Shown here: in pieces, positions 1 to 11,637 of the stretch
How positions within the stretch are numbered: position 1 is the first letter of the stretch
Layout: every line of letters begins with the position of its first letter
Source: Amphiscolops sp. MND2022
Lineage: Eukaryota
Assembly (NCBI GenBank): GCA_964187785.1
Contig: OZ076409.1
Location: forward strand, 26,228,001-26,292,000
Direction of reading: 5' to 3'
DNA: 64,000 nt
Translations under genes and position numbers: made by a program
Notes under the pieces: generated by a model
What the model saw: only the letters and a program-made list of their open reading frames with translations
Databases searched by the model: none
Told to the model about the DNA's origin: nothing

Positions 1-1144
1 TCCAATTTAGCCTAACATCGGCCGGCAGTTTCGAAAGTGCACTGGTAAGATTGACGGTGGAGTGAATGTCATGGAGAAAATTTAATTGTGTGAAGGTATC
101 GACAAGAGAAGAGATGAAATTTGCATAGTTCGTGATGGAATTCGGATCATCAGTTGATGGTTGCCTGAATGTTTGGAGACGTTGAAGAAATGACATCACA
201 ATACGATCAGGTTTGCCGTATGTTGACTTCAATCTAGATAGTGCATGCTGGTACATCGCGGAATTACAACCATAACCGGCAATTAATGCTTTTGGTTCTC
301 CAGAGACAAGAGTTTGTAAGTGGATGATCTTTTCCGCTTGCGAAATTGCAGCGCTGTCGATGGTAGCGGCGGAAAAAAGGCCAAACCAATCTAACCAAGC
401 CAAGGGATCGCCCTGGAAAACAGGTGGTTGAATTTTTGGCAAGGTCAGTCGACGTTGCGGTGGCACAGTGTCTGTATTGTCATGAAGGGCGTTGGTCGTG
501 CTGATGGACGCTGCATCAATAGCATTTTCATGCGTAGATGTGTCGACCGATTGCGTAATACCGAAAGGATTAGTTTGAAGATTGTTTGACAATGGCATAT
601 TGGGCTCAAAAGTGGTTGATGAAAATGAAACGGCATTGGTTAATGGAGGTACAGCAGTAGAGTCGTCTCCGTGGGGATGATGCGAAGACGATGAAGAAGG
701 AAGGTCAGAAGTTGCTGCGGCCGGCGCCGGAGGATCGTTAGAGTTACTACCACTACAAGAGGACCTTTTGCTTCTAGCCACAGATACCTTGAAGCGACGA
801 ATGTCGAGTTTGATAGATGTCAATTTGTTGGCATGAGGTGCGAAGTCTGTGGTTGAGATATGAAGGGCTAAAGATTTCGTCAATCGAACAAGCTCAGCTT
901 CAGCAACTGTTAATTCCGACGTAACGGAACTAATATCATCAAAATCTGTGTAGTTAGTCAGCAAATCATTGCCAAAAGATAACAAACTTGCAACTTCTTC
1001 CTGCTGTAACAAAATGAGGCTGTGGATAGTGTTGATTTCAGAAGGCTCAGAGTCGACAGTTTGAGTGTCGGCCGAGACGTCAACATGGGCATCGTCACCG
1101 TTAGACGGCTCACGATTGCGTAAATTATAAGTTTTGGGAAGCAT
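1..1144 (-). CDS. BEL/Pao Gag (DUF1759-like), N-terminal part, open to the window edge
   Basis: Manual translation MLPKTYNLRNREPS...LPKIQPPVFQGDPLAWLDWFGLFSAATIDS...EKIIHLQTLVSGEPKALIAGY...YQHALSRLKSTYGKP. This matches the Pao gag core in element B (LPEWKLAQYNGDPLQWHEWIGQFRSAIDS). Confidence 0.85.
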   Translation of the reverse strand, partial: MLPKTYNLRNREPSNGDDAHVDVSADTQTVDSEPSEINTIHSLILLQQEEVASLLSFGNDLLTNYTDFDDISSVTSELTVAEAELVRLTKSLALHISTTDFAPHANKLTSIKLDIRRFKVSVARSKRSSCSGSNSNDPPAPAAATSDLPSSSSSHHPHGDDSTAVPPLTNAVSFSSTTFEPNMPLSNNLQTNPFGITQSVDTSTHENAIDAASISTTNALHDNTDTVPPQRRLTLPKIQPPVFQGDPLAWLDWFGLFSAATIDSAAISQAEKIIHLQTLVSGEPKALIAGYGCNSAMYQHALSRLKSTYGKPDRIVMSFLQRLQTFRQPSTDDPNSITNYANFISSLVDTFTQLNFLHDIHSTVNLTSALSKLPADVRLNW

Positions 1145-1291
1145 TGCGAAGCAGCTGAAAAATTTCGATGGAAACGAAAGATGTTCCTTTTTCGGAAAGA
1201 TGTTACGAACGACTAATCTCACCCTGATCGACCCGTGCGAGTTAACGCACTTTGAGTGTCACAAGGATCAAAAAATCGTTAGCAACAGATG

Positions 1292-1876
1292 TTATTGATG
1301 AGCCTGGGAGGACAGCCTGTCTCGCTTGTTTTTGCGCTGTTTCTTCAGGAGTGAAACAAGGTTTTGTTGATGCTTGACTACAATGCGAAGTAAATGGGAA
1401 TCCAAGGCAAGCGAAGGGTGAACACTACTCAACGCACGGATGACAGAAGGAGTCCTTCGTTTTCGTTGAGACAACAATTTATTTTGAGCGTCTAAAATGA
1501 GGATTCCAGATGAAAAAAGTTCTTTCAGGATGTTTGGACTTCCACTCCGTTGAACGTAAACAATGGCGCGGATGCAATTTCGGAATTCAAAGAGCAGTTG
1601 AATCAACTCTTCAGGTGACAGGGATGTGTAATTGTTGCTCTGATGCTTCGAGAGACTGTTACTAATGACGTCGTGCCAAATGACTATGTTTTGTTTGCGT
1701 GCGAGTGGGCCACGACGAAGAAGATTTTGCAAAACTTTGAAACGATAATTCGAAGAAGTGTTGAAACTGAGTCCTCGTATTGCAAAGGATCTTTTGGACA
1801 GTGAATAACGAAAGGAATGAGGGATGGACGTTGACTTTAGGATATTATCGAGACAGCTGGCTCCGATGATAAACAT
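1292..1876 (-). CDS. Extra ORF (ORF0) of BEL element A, 194 aa, putative SGNH-fold protein
   Basis: Intact ATG-to-stop ORF between PBS and gag, homologous by eye to 36111-36707 (IIGAS, GLSFNT, QNL, IVIWHDVISNSLSKH, IRAIVYVQR, VHP). The fold assignment is inference. Confidence 0.75.
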   Translation of the reverse strand: MFIIGASCLDNILKSTSIPHSFRYSLSKRSFAIRGLSFNTSSNYRFKVLQNLLRRGPLARKQNIVIWHDVISNSLSKHQSNNYTSLSPEELIQLLFEFRNCIRAIVYVQRSGSPNILKELFSSGILILDAQNKLLSQRKRRTPSVIRALSSVHPSLALDSHLLRIVVKHQQNLVSLLKKQRKNKRDRLSSQAHQ

Positions 1877-2115
1877 AATGAAAGACGTAAAAGATGATAA
1901 TAACGCAACAAATGCGAAACATAACGAAACGAATGAAAATGTAGGTGAAACAAAAGTTTATACTCCTCACAGTTGTTCGAATATATCAAATAAAACAAAA
2001 GCGACGGATGAACAGGAGACGTAACGAAGATTGGAACAACTAGAAAGAAGAATCCCATAGACGAAACGAATTGCAACCAACGTGGTAACAGACACGAAGA
2101 ATGGGATCGACTTTA

Positions 2116-2129
2116 CACGTTGGGCGCCA
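2116..2129 (-). promoter_or_regulatory. Primer binding site, tRNA-Lys(CTT) type
   Basis: Minus strand TGGCGCCCAACGTG, 7 nt inside the LTR end. Confidence 0.8.
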
Positions 2130-2136
2130 AAAATTA

Positions 2137-2325
2137 TGTTACTGACCTCGCATAATGGGTGAATTCGTCATAGCAGTCGTGGGGACAGTGGCCATAAAAT
2201 GAATGGTCAGGAAATGCCCGGAAACACTGACTAAGATTAGTAAAAGGTTGAGACCAGTAAAATAACTGATATTATATAAAATATATTTATTATATAAGAA
2301 TAATCAGAAAAGAGGAGGGGTAACA
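2137..2325 (-). repeat. 5' LTR of BEL element A (~189 bp)
   Basis: TGTTAC...GTAACA terminal inverted repeats, AATAAA on the minus strand, adjacent PBS. The partner LTR lies outside the window. Confidence 0.65.
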
Positions 2326-3369
2326 AAGAGGGGACAGTTTCAAAATATATTTACCTGAGGAATTGGTTTCCTCTTTCTCTTTTCTTTTCTTGAGTTTCGT
2401 TTCTATATCTTGCAAAAACGCAAAGATTAATTTTTGAATAATTCCATTCAGGAGAACTTGCTATGAGCAATACGAATTAAGCAACAATCAAAAACTATTC
2501 AAAAGATTTCACGTCGAAATTCATCGATCAAAATGTTGAGTCACAACAATAGTCGAACTTTCGAAAATTTATCAAGCGTGCTTGTTTATCTCTTCAAGAA
2601 ATGAAATTTCCAGCTATCCCGTGATTCATTCGGGACAACAACCAGAGTGCACTTGAGGTCTTTCGCTTCAATTGAAACAGAAACCGAACAATTAATTTCA
2701 TTTTTTCTACCACAATTTCATCTTGGTTTTCGAAATCAAAAGCACATTTTGACCTTTGTTGGCTACTACATCCATTTGGATCCTCACTTGTAAAAGTTGT
2801 TGCTCCGTTGAGCTACATTTTGGTGGAGTCTTGATGGAGTTAATGATACAGCAGTATATTGGCTACTCACTTGAAGTGAAGAGAAAAAAAGTAAAAATTT
2901 GTTTTCATTCGTTAGAGGAGGACTCGTCAAAAATTCGATTACCCTTTCTGGTCTCAAACGGCTCCAATGTTGTTCACAGTTTTTCATGAGTGTCGTTTCG
3001 ACACAGAAGGGATATTCAAGCGAAACTTCATGATAAACAAAACGTTTTCTGCCGAAAATCTCACACTGCTGAAAAATATCCAAAATGGGTCCTCTTTAGT
3101 CTCATGCAGTTTTGTAGGTCAAGTAAAAAGATGTTAACTATTCACTAGGGTTACCATTTGGTTCCCCTGAATTGTCTTCTGCTCACAGTCGTGAAGTCAG
3201 TAATAAGGTGCTTGCCATCTGCCAAACAAGCAGCAAAAGTTTCACTCAAGAGTTTGGCACTTTTTCTCACGAAAACCGCCGACTCTATAAAATTTTGAAT
3301 ACCATACTCGGATATTGTTAGAATTGTTTCTGGTTTGTTTTAGAAGGTCACTAGATAAATGCTACAATT

Positions 3370-6300
3370 ATGATCGCAAGTGGCCCGAAAGGTTTCAGCT
3401 GCACTTCAGTTTTCGCTTTCCTGTTTCTCTGTAAAACGGTTGAATCAGATTCGAGAAGCAGTTTGTTGGACGCACACTCGCGCTTTGAATTGCCACCCAA
3501 AACGCCAGTTATTGTCACGGTCAATTTGGAGTTGTATCAGCTGATAAATCTGGACGTAAGTGCCGAATCAGTACACTCCCTTTTCTGGCAACGGAACATC
3601 TGGACTGACGATCGACTGGCTTGGCATCACAACAACACGGAAACTAGTTAGCATTGTCATTAGTTTTTTTGCTTTTCAAATTTTATTGTGCCGTTTTGTG
3701 CCTGTGGTAGAGCCTAGATAAATCCTGAACTCAATAGGTGAGAAAAACAAATTGTGAAAATAATAAAATTACGTAATGTTAACAACCTGCCAAAACTAGC
3801 CATAGTGGCAAAATAGTGACAACTGCCATAACATCGAATTCATACTAACTTATAGTTGCTACACAATTCTCTTCCTTTGCACTAAGTTCGTAGTCGTCAA
3901 TATGGCGGTGCGACCTACTGAAGATGTTACTTCCAATTCTACCGTGCCAGGACTGAATTACTTTTGGCAAGAGGCCGAGAAAGAACCTTCATATGACTGG
4001 GAACAGTGGCAGCAATTATTCGAAGTGGCCGTGTTAGCTCGCCATTCAATATCCGTTTCCGAAATTACCAGGAATGTGGAGGAACAGAACCCTCTAGTAA
4101 TAACATGGATGGGTAACCTAGAAAAAAACGCTGCTGCGAGAAAGCTCATAAGCTTGCAGTCCATTTCCTTGGGCAAAACCGGTAGAAATATGATTATGGA
4201 TAAATTTCCCCAAATTAAATTTTGCCCATTCAACTGCCCCACTTTCTACAATTCTGCAACGAGTGCTTCCAAACAAGAAGAAATAGAACGATGGACAGAC
4301 ATACCTTTTGGTCAAGGAAGCAAAGACCAACTCAATATTTTCACCAGTTCTGGAATGTTCTCAATGGGCCGGCTGCGAAGTGCAATTTCGGCAATCAGAC
4401 AGAAGGTTTGGTCTACGACAATTTTGTACTTAACATGTCCGATAACCAAGTAAAAAAACATTGTACAGAGCAAATAGAGACTCCGGTAGAGGCGCTCCAA
4501 TTTGCAATTGCCTTCGATGATGAGCAAAAAAGACAGAGATCGCACGGATACATTGGACTAAGAGCCTAAGATGAAAGAAGAATCAGTGTGTGCTGTTATT
4601 TCAAATAGCCTAAAAACACGCGAATGCTGGAGAAGCGGCGATGGCAATTTCACAATGTAGCACTTAAAGTTTCGTAAAGGGCCTAAAGCGTCGTGTAACT
4701 ATTGTGACAGAAAAGGCCATTTGGGGAAAGTCTGCAATCAAAAGAAAATGACAAATTTCAACAAAGCGGCAAATTCAAAGCGAGTGGCAGCGGTGAACAA
4801 ACAAATTGCCGAGTACAATTAGTCGACCAAGAAGAGGATGAAGATGATGAGAGCATAATGGTTCTGAATGTGGAAGGAAATGAAGACCCGACGCCATAAT
4901 ACATGGATAGTTTCATAAACGGAAACAAATTCAGAACAATGATCGATGCAGTATCACCCATCACAATTTTTCAATAGATGAGATAAAGCAGTTCATGAAG
5001 AGAGGAACCCTCCCGGTGCGAGAGATGACAGAAGGCGAGGAGGTATGTGGATTTTAACGGGAAACCGTTAAATCTACCGGGATGTGTGTTCTGCGATTTA
5101 CAAGTGGGCGATCAGTACATTAGAAAAGCGCAAATTCTAGTTGCCTAGTAAGGACCAAAGTCAATCGTCGGGCGAGAGTGGTTGACAACGTTGAATTATA
5201 AGTTTATCCCAGTGAATGAATGTGAGTGGGAAGTAAACTCAGTAGAAAAAGACGTAGAACTAAGTGCAGAAGTAAAGCAACTGAGTAGTGAATTTCCAAC
5301 CTCGTTCAAAAAAAACGGAACAGAAAACTTCAAGTAAAAATAAATTTGAAGCCCGTTGCGAAAATCACATAACAAAACGGATGGCGAATTTCAATTAAAT
5401 TACAAAATGCGGTAGATACGGAAATGGAGCGATTGCTAAAAGTGGCCATATTGAGAAAATAAACGAAGTTTAGGACGACGACTTTATGCAACTAACGGTC
5501 AAAATGGTAAAAGATAAACCGCTCAGGAAAGATAGCATTAGACGCGAGAGCGGTAAATCAGCCTATCGATTAAGACAAGTATCAAATGCCAAATCTCAAT
5601 AATTTACTAGATATGACAGTAGAAAAATTAGATAGCGAAACGGGACAATCGTGGTCTTCGTCCATGGACATGACTGACATACACTTTTGGTCTTCTGTAC
5701 GATTTTGTACTTGTTCCCCCTGACCTCAATTCAAAAGAGAGGGAAGTGGGGTAGACCCTAGATAAATCCTGAACTCAATTGATGAGAAAAACAAAGTGTG
5801 ATAATAATAAAATTACGTAATGTTAACAACCTGCCAAAACTAGCCATAGTGGCAAAATAGTGACAACTGCCATAACAACGAATTCATACAAATTTACAGT
5901 TGCTACACAATTCTCTTCCTTTGCACTAAGTTCGTAGTCGTCAACAGTGCCACTATTTTCGTTTCTACACTATTTATAAATAGGAAGTTTTTCGTTACAT
6001 TAGGCGGTGTCTCCACTAAAAAGCAGATCAGCGTCCTGGAAAAGCAGATTAAGTGTTCTGGAAATTAAAGCATTTAATTATTTATATCTACAATAAAGTA
6101 TGAATATGTTCGACTGAAGTTTGGTTTATTTTTTGATAATCCTTTTAAACATTAAAACCAGATCTGCTTTTTTTAGTCTTCGATAAATACTTATATGTTT
6201 TAATTCGATTCGAATGTAGTGAAAATCACTTTTGATGATTATCCTTAATTCGAATTTAATGAGGAACCATCTATGATTTTCCATCCATCAAATGGGAAGT

Positions 6301-8508
6301 TACCTTATTAAAAAATAATCATGGATGAAAAGACGAGAACGAGCCATAATGGTGAACTTGGGAAGGGCCAAAAAGTTGTCTGTTCAAAATTATATTATCG
6401 AGGTAAAATCTCAAAACCTGGTCAAAAGTAATTGAATCACCCCATCAATGGTTTTCGAAATGTAAGCATAGTTTTGATTTCTTCTGCAGCTGAAGCAAAT
6501 CTCCTGAGATTCGGCTACAATGAGATCTGGATGCCTGACGTCATGGTATACAATGATATCGGAGTGTACGATTCGTGGAAATACAAAAACATGATATTCC
6601 TAAACGGCTCTCCCGATGGCATAATAACATGGTCCTACCCGGCGCCCATGAAAACCACATGCTCCATGGATGTCACCCATTTTCCATTCGACAGCCACGA
6701 GTGTGAAATTATTATTGCTTCTTGGCAGTACTCGGTCAAGGAACTCAAATTCAAGTGCATGCGGGACACTGTGAACTTCACTTTTTTCGATGGTTCAATG
6801 CAATGGAAGATAACAGGTGAGTTTTTTTCGAAAAAAAAATCGATTTCACGGCTCAATCTTTTAAGCATATGTGTTGATTTGAAAATCATTTGAGATCTGT
6901 AAAAGTTACAGCGTGGTCATGCGATTTTAAAATGAATTTGAAGCATCCCATATGTAGAAATTAACCACGCAAAATTCTCCGAAATTTTGAAGAAGTCATT
7001 GAAGTTTACAAAAATTTAAGCATGAATGGTATACCTAAAAAAACTATGGAAACTGACCTGACTATATTGTGAGAAACCAAGTTATTGCATGTATGATGCG
7101 TTAGACCCCGGCTGGTTAAAATCCATCCATCTAAATTATGACAATGTTGGGTTCTTCGTCGTTGGGTTTTTGTAAAACAGAGTTTGTTGCATTCGCTGGT
7201 TGAGGAAAAATGTTTTTGCAAGAATCTCTCAAGATTTGCAAGATGATGCATTTTTTCTTGAAATCCTTGAGAGAATCTTGCAAGATCCTTGCTAGCAATG
7301 CATTCCTTGCAAGATCTTTCAAGATCCTTGCAAGGATTGCATTTCTCTTTCAACCAGGGTTCTTTCACAGGAAGCAGCTGTGAGGAAATGGAAGTTTCTA
7401 TGGACCGAGGTGTTTACAGCGGGTTGATTTTTACCATCAAGTACGAAAGGCTTCAAACATTCTACACACGCATTCTGGTTTGGCCAAATGTCGCTCTTCT
7501 CGCTCTCAGCAGTCTCATGTTCTTCCTTCCAATCGGCACTTCTGACAGGTAGCAAAGTTTTGTGACGTCATAAAAACGTCACGTGGCACTGACTTGGCTA
7601 TTGTTAAACCCCTTCAAGCACAAGATCTCTATTTAGTTTATAGCGTTACTGTTGATTAATTAAATATAAATGCAATGTTAATGAATTAATAAATGTATTT
7701 ATTTTTAAATTTTGATACGATGCAATGTCATTCTTGAAACCAACTCCACCTCAAACAAGTTGGTAACAGTCTATGGTCTATGTTAATCATGTAACCATAA
7801 ACATGTGTGCTCAGCCCCCAATCCCGGAAACCCGGACTCTTGGATGCGATGTGCAAAAAATAGCTCATCGCTATATACAGACGCAGCGCCTCGTACGTAA
7901 GAAGGAAAGCCGAGTTACACAACCAATTCAAAAATCATGGCTGTTATGATATTAAGCTTTTCTACCAATATCTTCAATGGAGCTTTTTTTCTCGAAAGGT
8001 TTTTCGGAGGCGTTTTCTTTCTATAACGTAAATTTAGGCTACTACTTCAATTATTTTTGAGCAGTAATTTTTTTGCGTTGACAGACCTGGTTTTGGAATG
8101 ACGGTGCTTCTCACACTGTCTGTGAACATGATGATGATTACAAACTTCATACCGGAAACATCCCGAAACTTCCCCCGTCTTTGCAACTATTTTCTGGGAA
8201 GTATCGTGCTATGTGCCGGCGGTGTTGTTTTGGTGTGTATAATCGACCGAGCTGCATCCATTATACCTTCTCTGGAACAAACTGGTCCAACTTTGGAATT
8301 CAATACCGGAGGACAAGCTAATGACTCAGATGACGCAATGGAAGCGACATCTTCAAGACAAGGAAAAGGTTTACATCATGGACGATTCTCAAAAGTGAAG
8401 CAGATGTCTTTGGGTTTGCTAAAATTGGTCTACAGATACGACCTCGTGATTGGTCTTCTGTACCTTCTATCCACGCTCATTTCCCTTTGTTTCGCTTTCT
8501 TTGGTTGA
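3370..8508 (+). CDS. Cys-loop ligand-gated ion channel subunit, nAChR-like non-alpha, 401 aa; exons 3370-3646, 6490-6816, 7371-7548, 8085-8508
   Basis: GT-AG junctions with matching phases (1,1,2), 1206 nt in total. Signal-like N-terminus, LYQLINLD, WTDDRLAW, IWMPDVMVYN, Cys-loop CSMDVTHFPFDSHEC, loop B SWQY, M1-M4 helices including M2 DRPGFGMTVLLTLSV. Confidence 0.9.
3703..5946 (+). mobile_element. Internally deleted Gypsy/Ty3 element in intron 1 of the channel gene
   Basis: 200-bp LTRs at 3703-3902 and 5747-5946; TSD GTGCC (3698-3702, 5947-5951); PBS TGGCG at 3903; PPT AAAAGAGAGGGAAG (5733-5746). Contains frameshifted gag, a zinc-knuckle remnant, protease (MIDAVSPITI) and the RT N-terminus (ALDARAVN, YQMPNL), then jumps to the 3' end. 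Confidence 0.9.
7106..7359. mobile_element. MITE-like element with CTTGCAAG/CAAGAT internal repeats
   Basis: Imperfect TIRs CCC..CTGGTTAAA / TTTCAACCAGGG. The internal motifs resemble 48206-49095. Confidence 0.5.
7790..7919. repeat. Possible short solo LTR in intron 3
   Basis: TGTAAC...GTTACA ends around a GC-richer 130-bp island. The TSD is only imperfect (AATCA / AACCA). Confidence 0.3.
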
Positions 8509-8989
8509 AATTCCCGTTTACATCTTTGAATGAAGTAGCTTGGAGATTTAATAATAGAAAAATTGTTATGAATTCCCATTTCAGATGCATGAAAAATTCA
8601 ATCATGAGTGCTTAAAACCGAAACAATTTATTCAATTAAAAGGTAAATATAATTTGATTTGAATTTTTTGATATTTTGAAATGGGTTTGAATTTTTAAAT
8701 AAAAACAGGCTGAATTCAAATCAAGTAAGAACGCTCTCAGTTTTTCTTCGATGCTTTTTCATAACTCAATTACTGGAATTTTCTTTAGATAAGTTTTACA
8801 CATTTCATTTTCAAACAGCAAAAATCAACAATTTGAGCAGCTTTAGGCACGATCACTTTTATCAACGGAATGGAAGAAAAACGTTTTCTCACTTTATTGA
8901 CATTGCAGTTCTCGTCTTTTCTACTGAATGTATACACCATCATACGTATATAGAAAAGAATAGAAAAATTAATTCAATTGGGTAAGTCA

Positions 8990-11637
8990 TTACATAGTTG
9001 CAATATTCAACATAAATTTAAAATAAAACCCAATTAGGACGGGAAATGAGCATAATTGCTCTTCTAGTTCCCACCCTTAAGAACCAAATGTGGCACAACT
9101 GTAAACGTTCTTGGAAAGCTTCCATCAAGGAACAAAATCAAATTATCTTTAATAATACATTGAAAAAAGATGTCTCTTGTCAACTACGTTCAATGAGATT
9201 AAGTTTTGGACATATTGTCTCATTTGTGGTCTAGTCATGTTTTTTAAGTTTGAGGGCAGCAGTTTCAATTCAGTAAGCCAAATGTGAGCTTTTCCTAATT
9301 CATTGGCAAGTGACTTTTTCTTGGTTAATGTTTTACTGTGAATCGAAGGAAGCAACCCTTTAGTCTTTCCTCTCGTAACAGCAGAATTAATTTTAAACGT
9401 TTTCGCCAGATAGTTATTAGGGGCTTCAGACAGAAGTTGTCTGAATAACTCTTTCAAAAGCTCTGCGAAATATAATTCATATGCAGTAAGAATTTCTTTT
9501 TCTCGCAAAACATCTGTTATGGAATCCATTTGTTTCTTGAAGAAAATTGCTCTCACAATTCTTCGTTGTGCTATTTCCATTCGGCTCAAGTTGGTTTTAA
9601 CCGATGCACCATAAGCAATGATTTCGTAATTAATCAGAGATTTTGCGTAAGATTTATAAAACATCAGTAGGCATTTTCGTGAGAACATGTGTCGAATTCT
9701 ATAAATTATTCCACAAAATTTGTTCAATGTTTTGACCAGATATTCCATATGCTGACTGAACAGAAACTGTAAGGGTATTTGGGGGGACCCGGTTTTGATT
9801 CTACATCTCCCGCTAGTAGAATGAGGCGTCTGAGGGCAGCGGGTTTACCTCGACGCCACCACAAAAACCCGACTGAGCTCGGGTTCGCATCCACACTCTC
9901 GAATCTTGTAGGGTATTGGAGGTGTCTTGACACCCACATTTGCCGCCGCTTGAAGGCTCCCCACATCGGCCAAAATGAACCTGAAAGAAGGAGTACCACA
10001 AGGCAGCGCTATCAGTCCCCTTCTCTTCTGTCTGGCGACCGCAAAGTTGCCAAAAGTAGTCAAGGAAGCAGCCCCGAATTGTCAAGTTGATCAATTCGCT
10101 TATGAACTCACAATTTGCACAACAGACAGAACAGTGAAGGACGCCAGTAGCCAGTTGGAACCAGCGTTGAAGGCAGTGGAAACATGGGCGGAGGAAAACG
10201 AAAGGAAAATTGCTGAGGAAAAAACGGCGATAGCCGTGGTCAGCGTAGATCCACGTGAATGTAATGGGAAAGCGGATACAAGCTTCAAGTTAGCCGTGGA
10301 GGTGGTTACACCGTCAAAAGAGGTCGAGATCCTAGGCGTCACCATTGACTCCCAACTGACATTCGCTAGTCATGCACAAAACGTGAGGAAAAAGTTGAAC
10401 AGAATGATGTCAGTTCTCACCGCCCTCTCTGGTAAAAACTGGGGTCCTACCTCGAACGACTTTAGGAGAGTCTACAACACCTATGCCAAACCAAGGGGTT
10501 GTACGCTGCAGAGGTGTGGGCACACTTTCTCTCAGATTCGAACTGGAAAAAGCTTGAAACATGCAACAACAGGGCAATTAGAATAATAACAGGTACTCTA
10601 TCCAGTACCCCAATCGTCGCCTCGAGGATAGACGCCAGAACACCTTCGCTCAGATTACTAGTGGAAGATAACGCGGCCTTGCAGTGGGAAAGATACCGCA
10701 GGTTCCCAGAATCGCACGATCTGAACAAACTGTGCAAAGCAACTACCAAACCACAGCTCAGATCAAGAGGTGAAAATACATTCCGATCCGACTGGAGAAG
10801 GACGGCAATGCAAAGAATTGAAAGTGTGAATAAGAATTTAGACCCGAGCGAACAGATTGGGATGGGCAGCGACGAATGGGCAAGGGAAGAGTATTTTCCT
10901 CAAATGCCAGAAGGCATCATGTACAGAAGAGCCACGAATGGACGTCCTTTGGAACGATCAGTGAACAGGAGCAGGCAAGAAGAAACATTAATTTACAGGC
11001 TGAGTGCAAATCGTGAAACCAGTCTCATGGAGACTAGACACAGTTTTGGCACTTCATCAAGCCCCACTTGTCCTCACTGCGGACTAGAACCAGAGACAGC
11101 AGAACACTACAACACGAGTTGTAGCAAATGGGCAGAAGCACGCTCCAAGAGTCTCGGCGAAAAGGTATCGGTAGACATCCTGCAACAACCTGCCAAGATC
11201 CTGGACTACACCATCCACACTGGATTCATGTTCCCCAATCAGTGACGGGCTCACACACACATATGCTGATTGCACCCAAGCCATTTGTCTACATGCATTC
11301 CCACATATTTACAATCGATTGGCGTATCTTTAACTTTCAGCGGAGGAGGATTTCCAGATCCAAAACACATAACTTCTCATTTGTCAAAATTGATCGTTAA
11401 CTTATTACTCGTCATCCAGTCAGAAATCAATTCTATTTCCGGTTGCATTGTGAAACTTTTTTCTTTGCGTTAAATATAGTAGTATCATCTGCAAACATAG
11501 ACACTTTACAATTTCCGCTGGAAGAATCCAAGTTATTCATATACAGTATGAAGAGGAAAGGCCCTAAGATGGATCCTTGTGGAATACCTGTCGTGATTCG
11601 TTTTTGATTTGTTTCTTTTCCACTCATGTCTATATAC
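8990..11637 (-). mobile_element. 5'-truncated L2/Crack-like LINE (RT and C-terminus), split by a nested LINE
   Basis: GIPQGSILGPFLFILYMN and MFADDT (11433-11627). The C-terminal ORF 9149-9748 continues across the insertion (..CNQHMEYLVK). 3' UTR hairpin GAGCAATTATGCTC. Boundaries are approximate. Confidence 0.8.
9756..11259 (+). mobile_element. Ingi/I-group-like LINE copy with 5' inversion, nested in the L2-like element
   Basis: 10-bp TSD CATATGCTGA (9746-9755, 11260-11269) and (CA)n tail. Frameshifted RT (GVPQGSAISPLLF, degenerate FADD, LGVTIDSQLTF) and C-terminal CPHC...H....C finger. Segment 9756-~9970 reads on the minus strand as a 2A-like peptide plus PHD start. Confidence 0.8.

Larger units (their letters stand above)
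1..2325 (-). mobile_element. BEL/Pao LTR retrotransposon A, 5' part (runs off the left edge of the window)
   Basis: Order on the minus strand is LTR (2137-2325), tRNA-Lys PBS, extra ORF (1292-1876), then Pao-type gag from ATG at 1144. Confidence 0.85.

Noticed and set aside
9840..9972. HDV-like ribozyme at the inverted LINE 5' end
   Set aside because: I could not build the nested double pseudoknot by eye.
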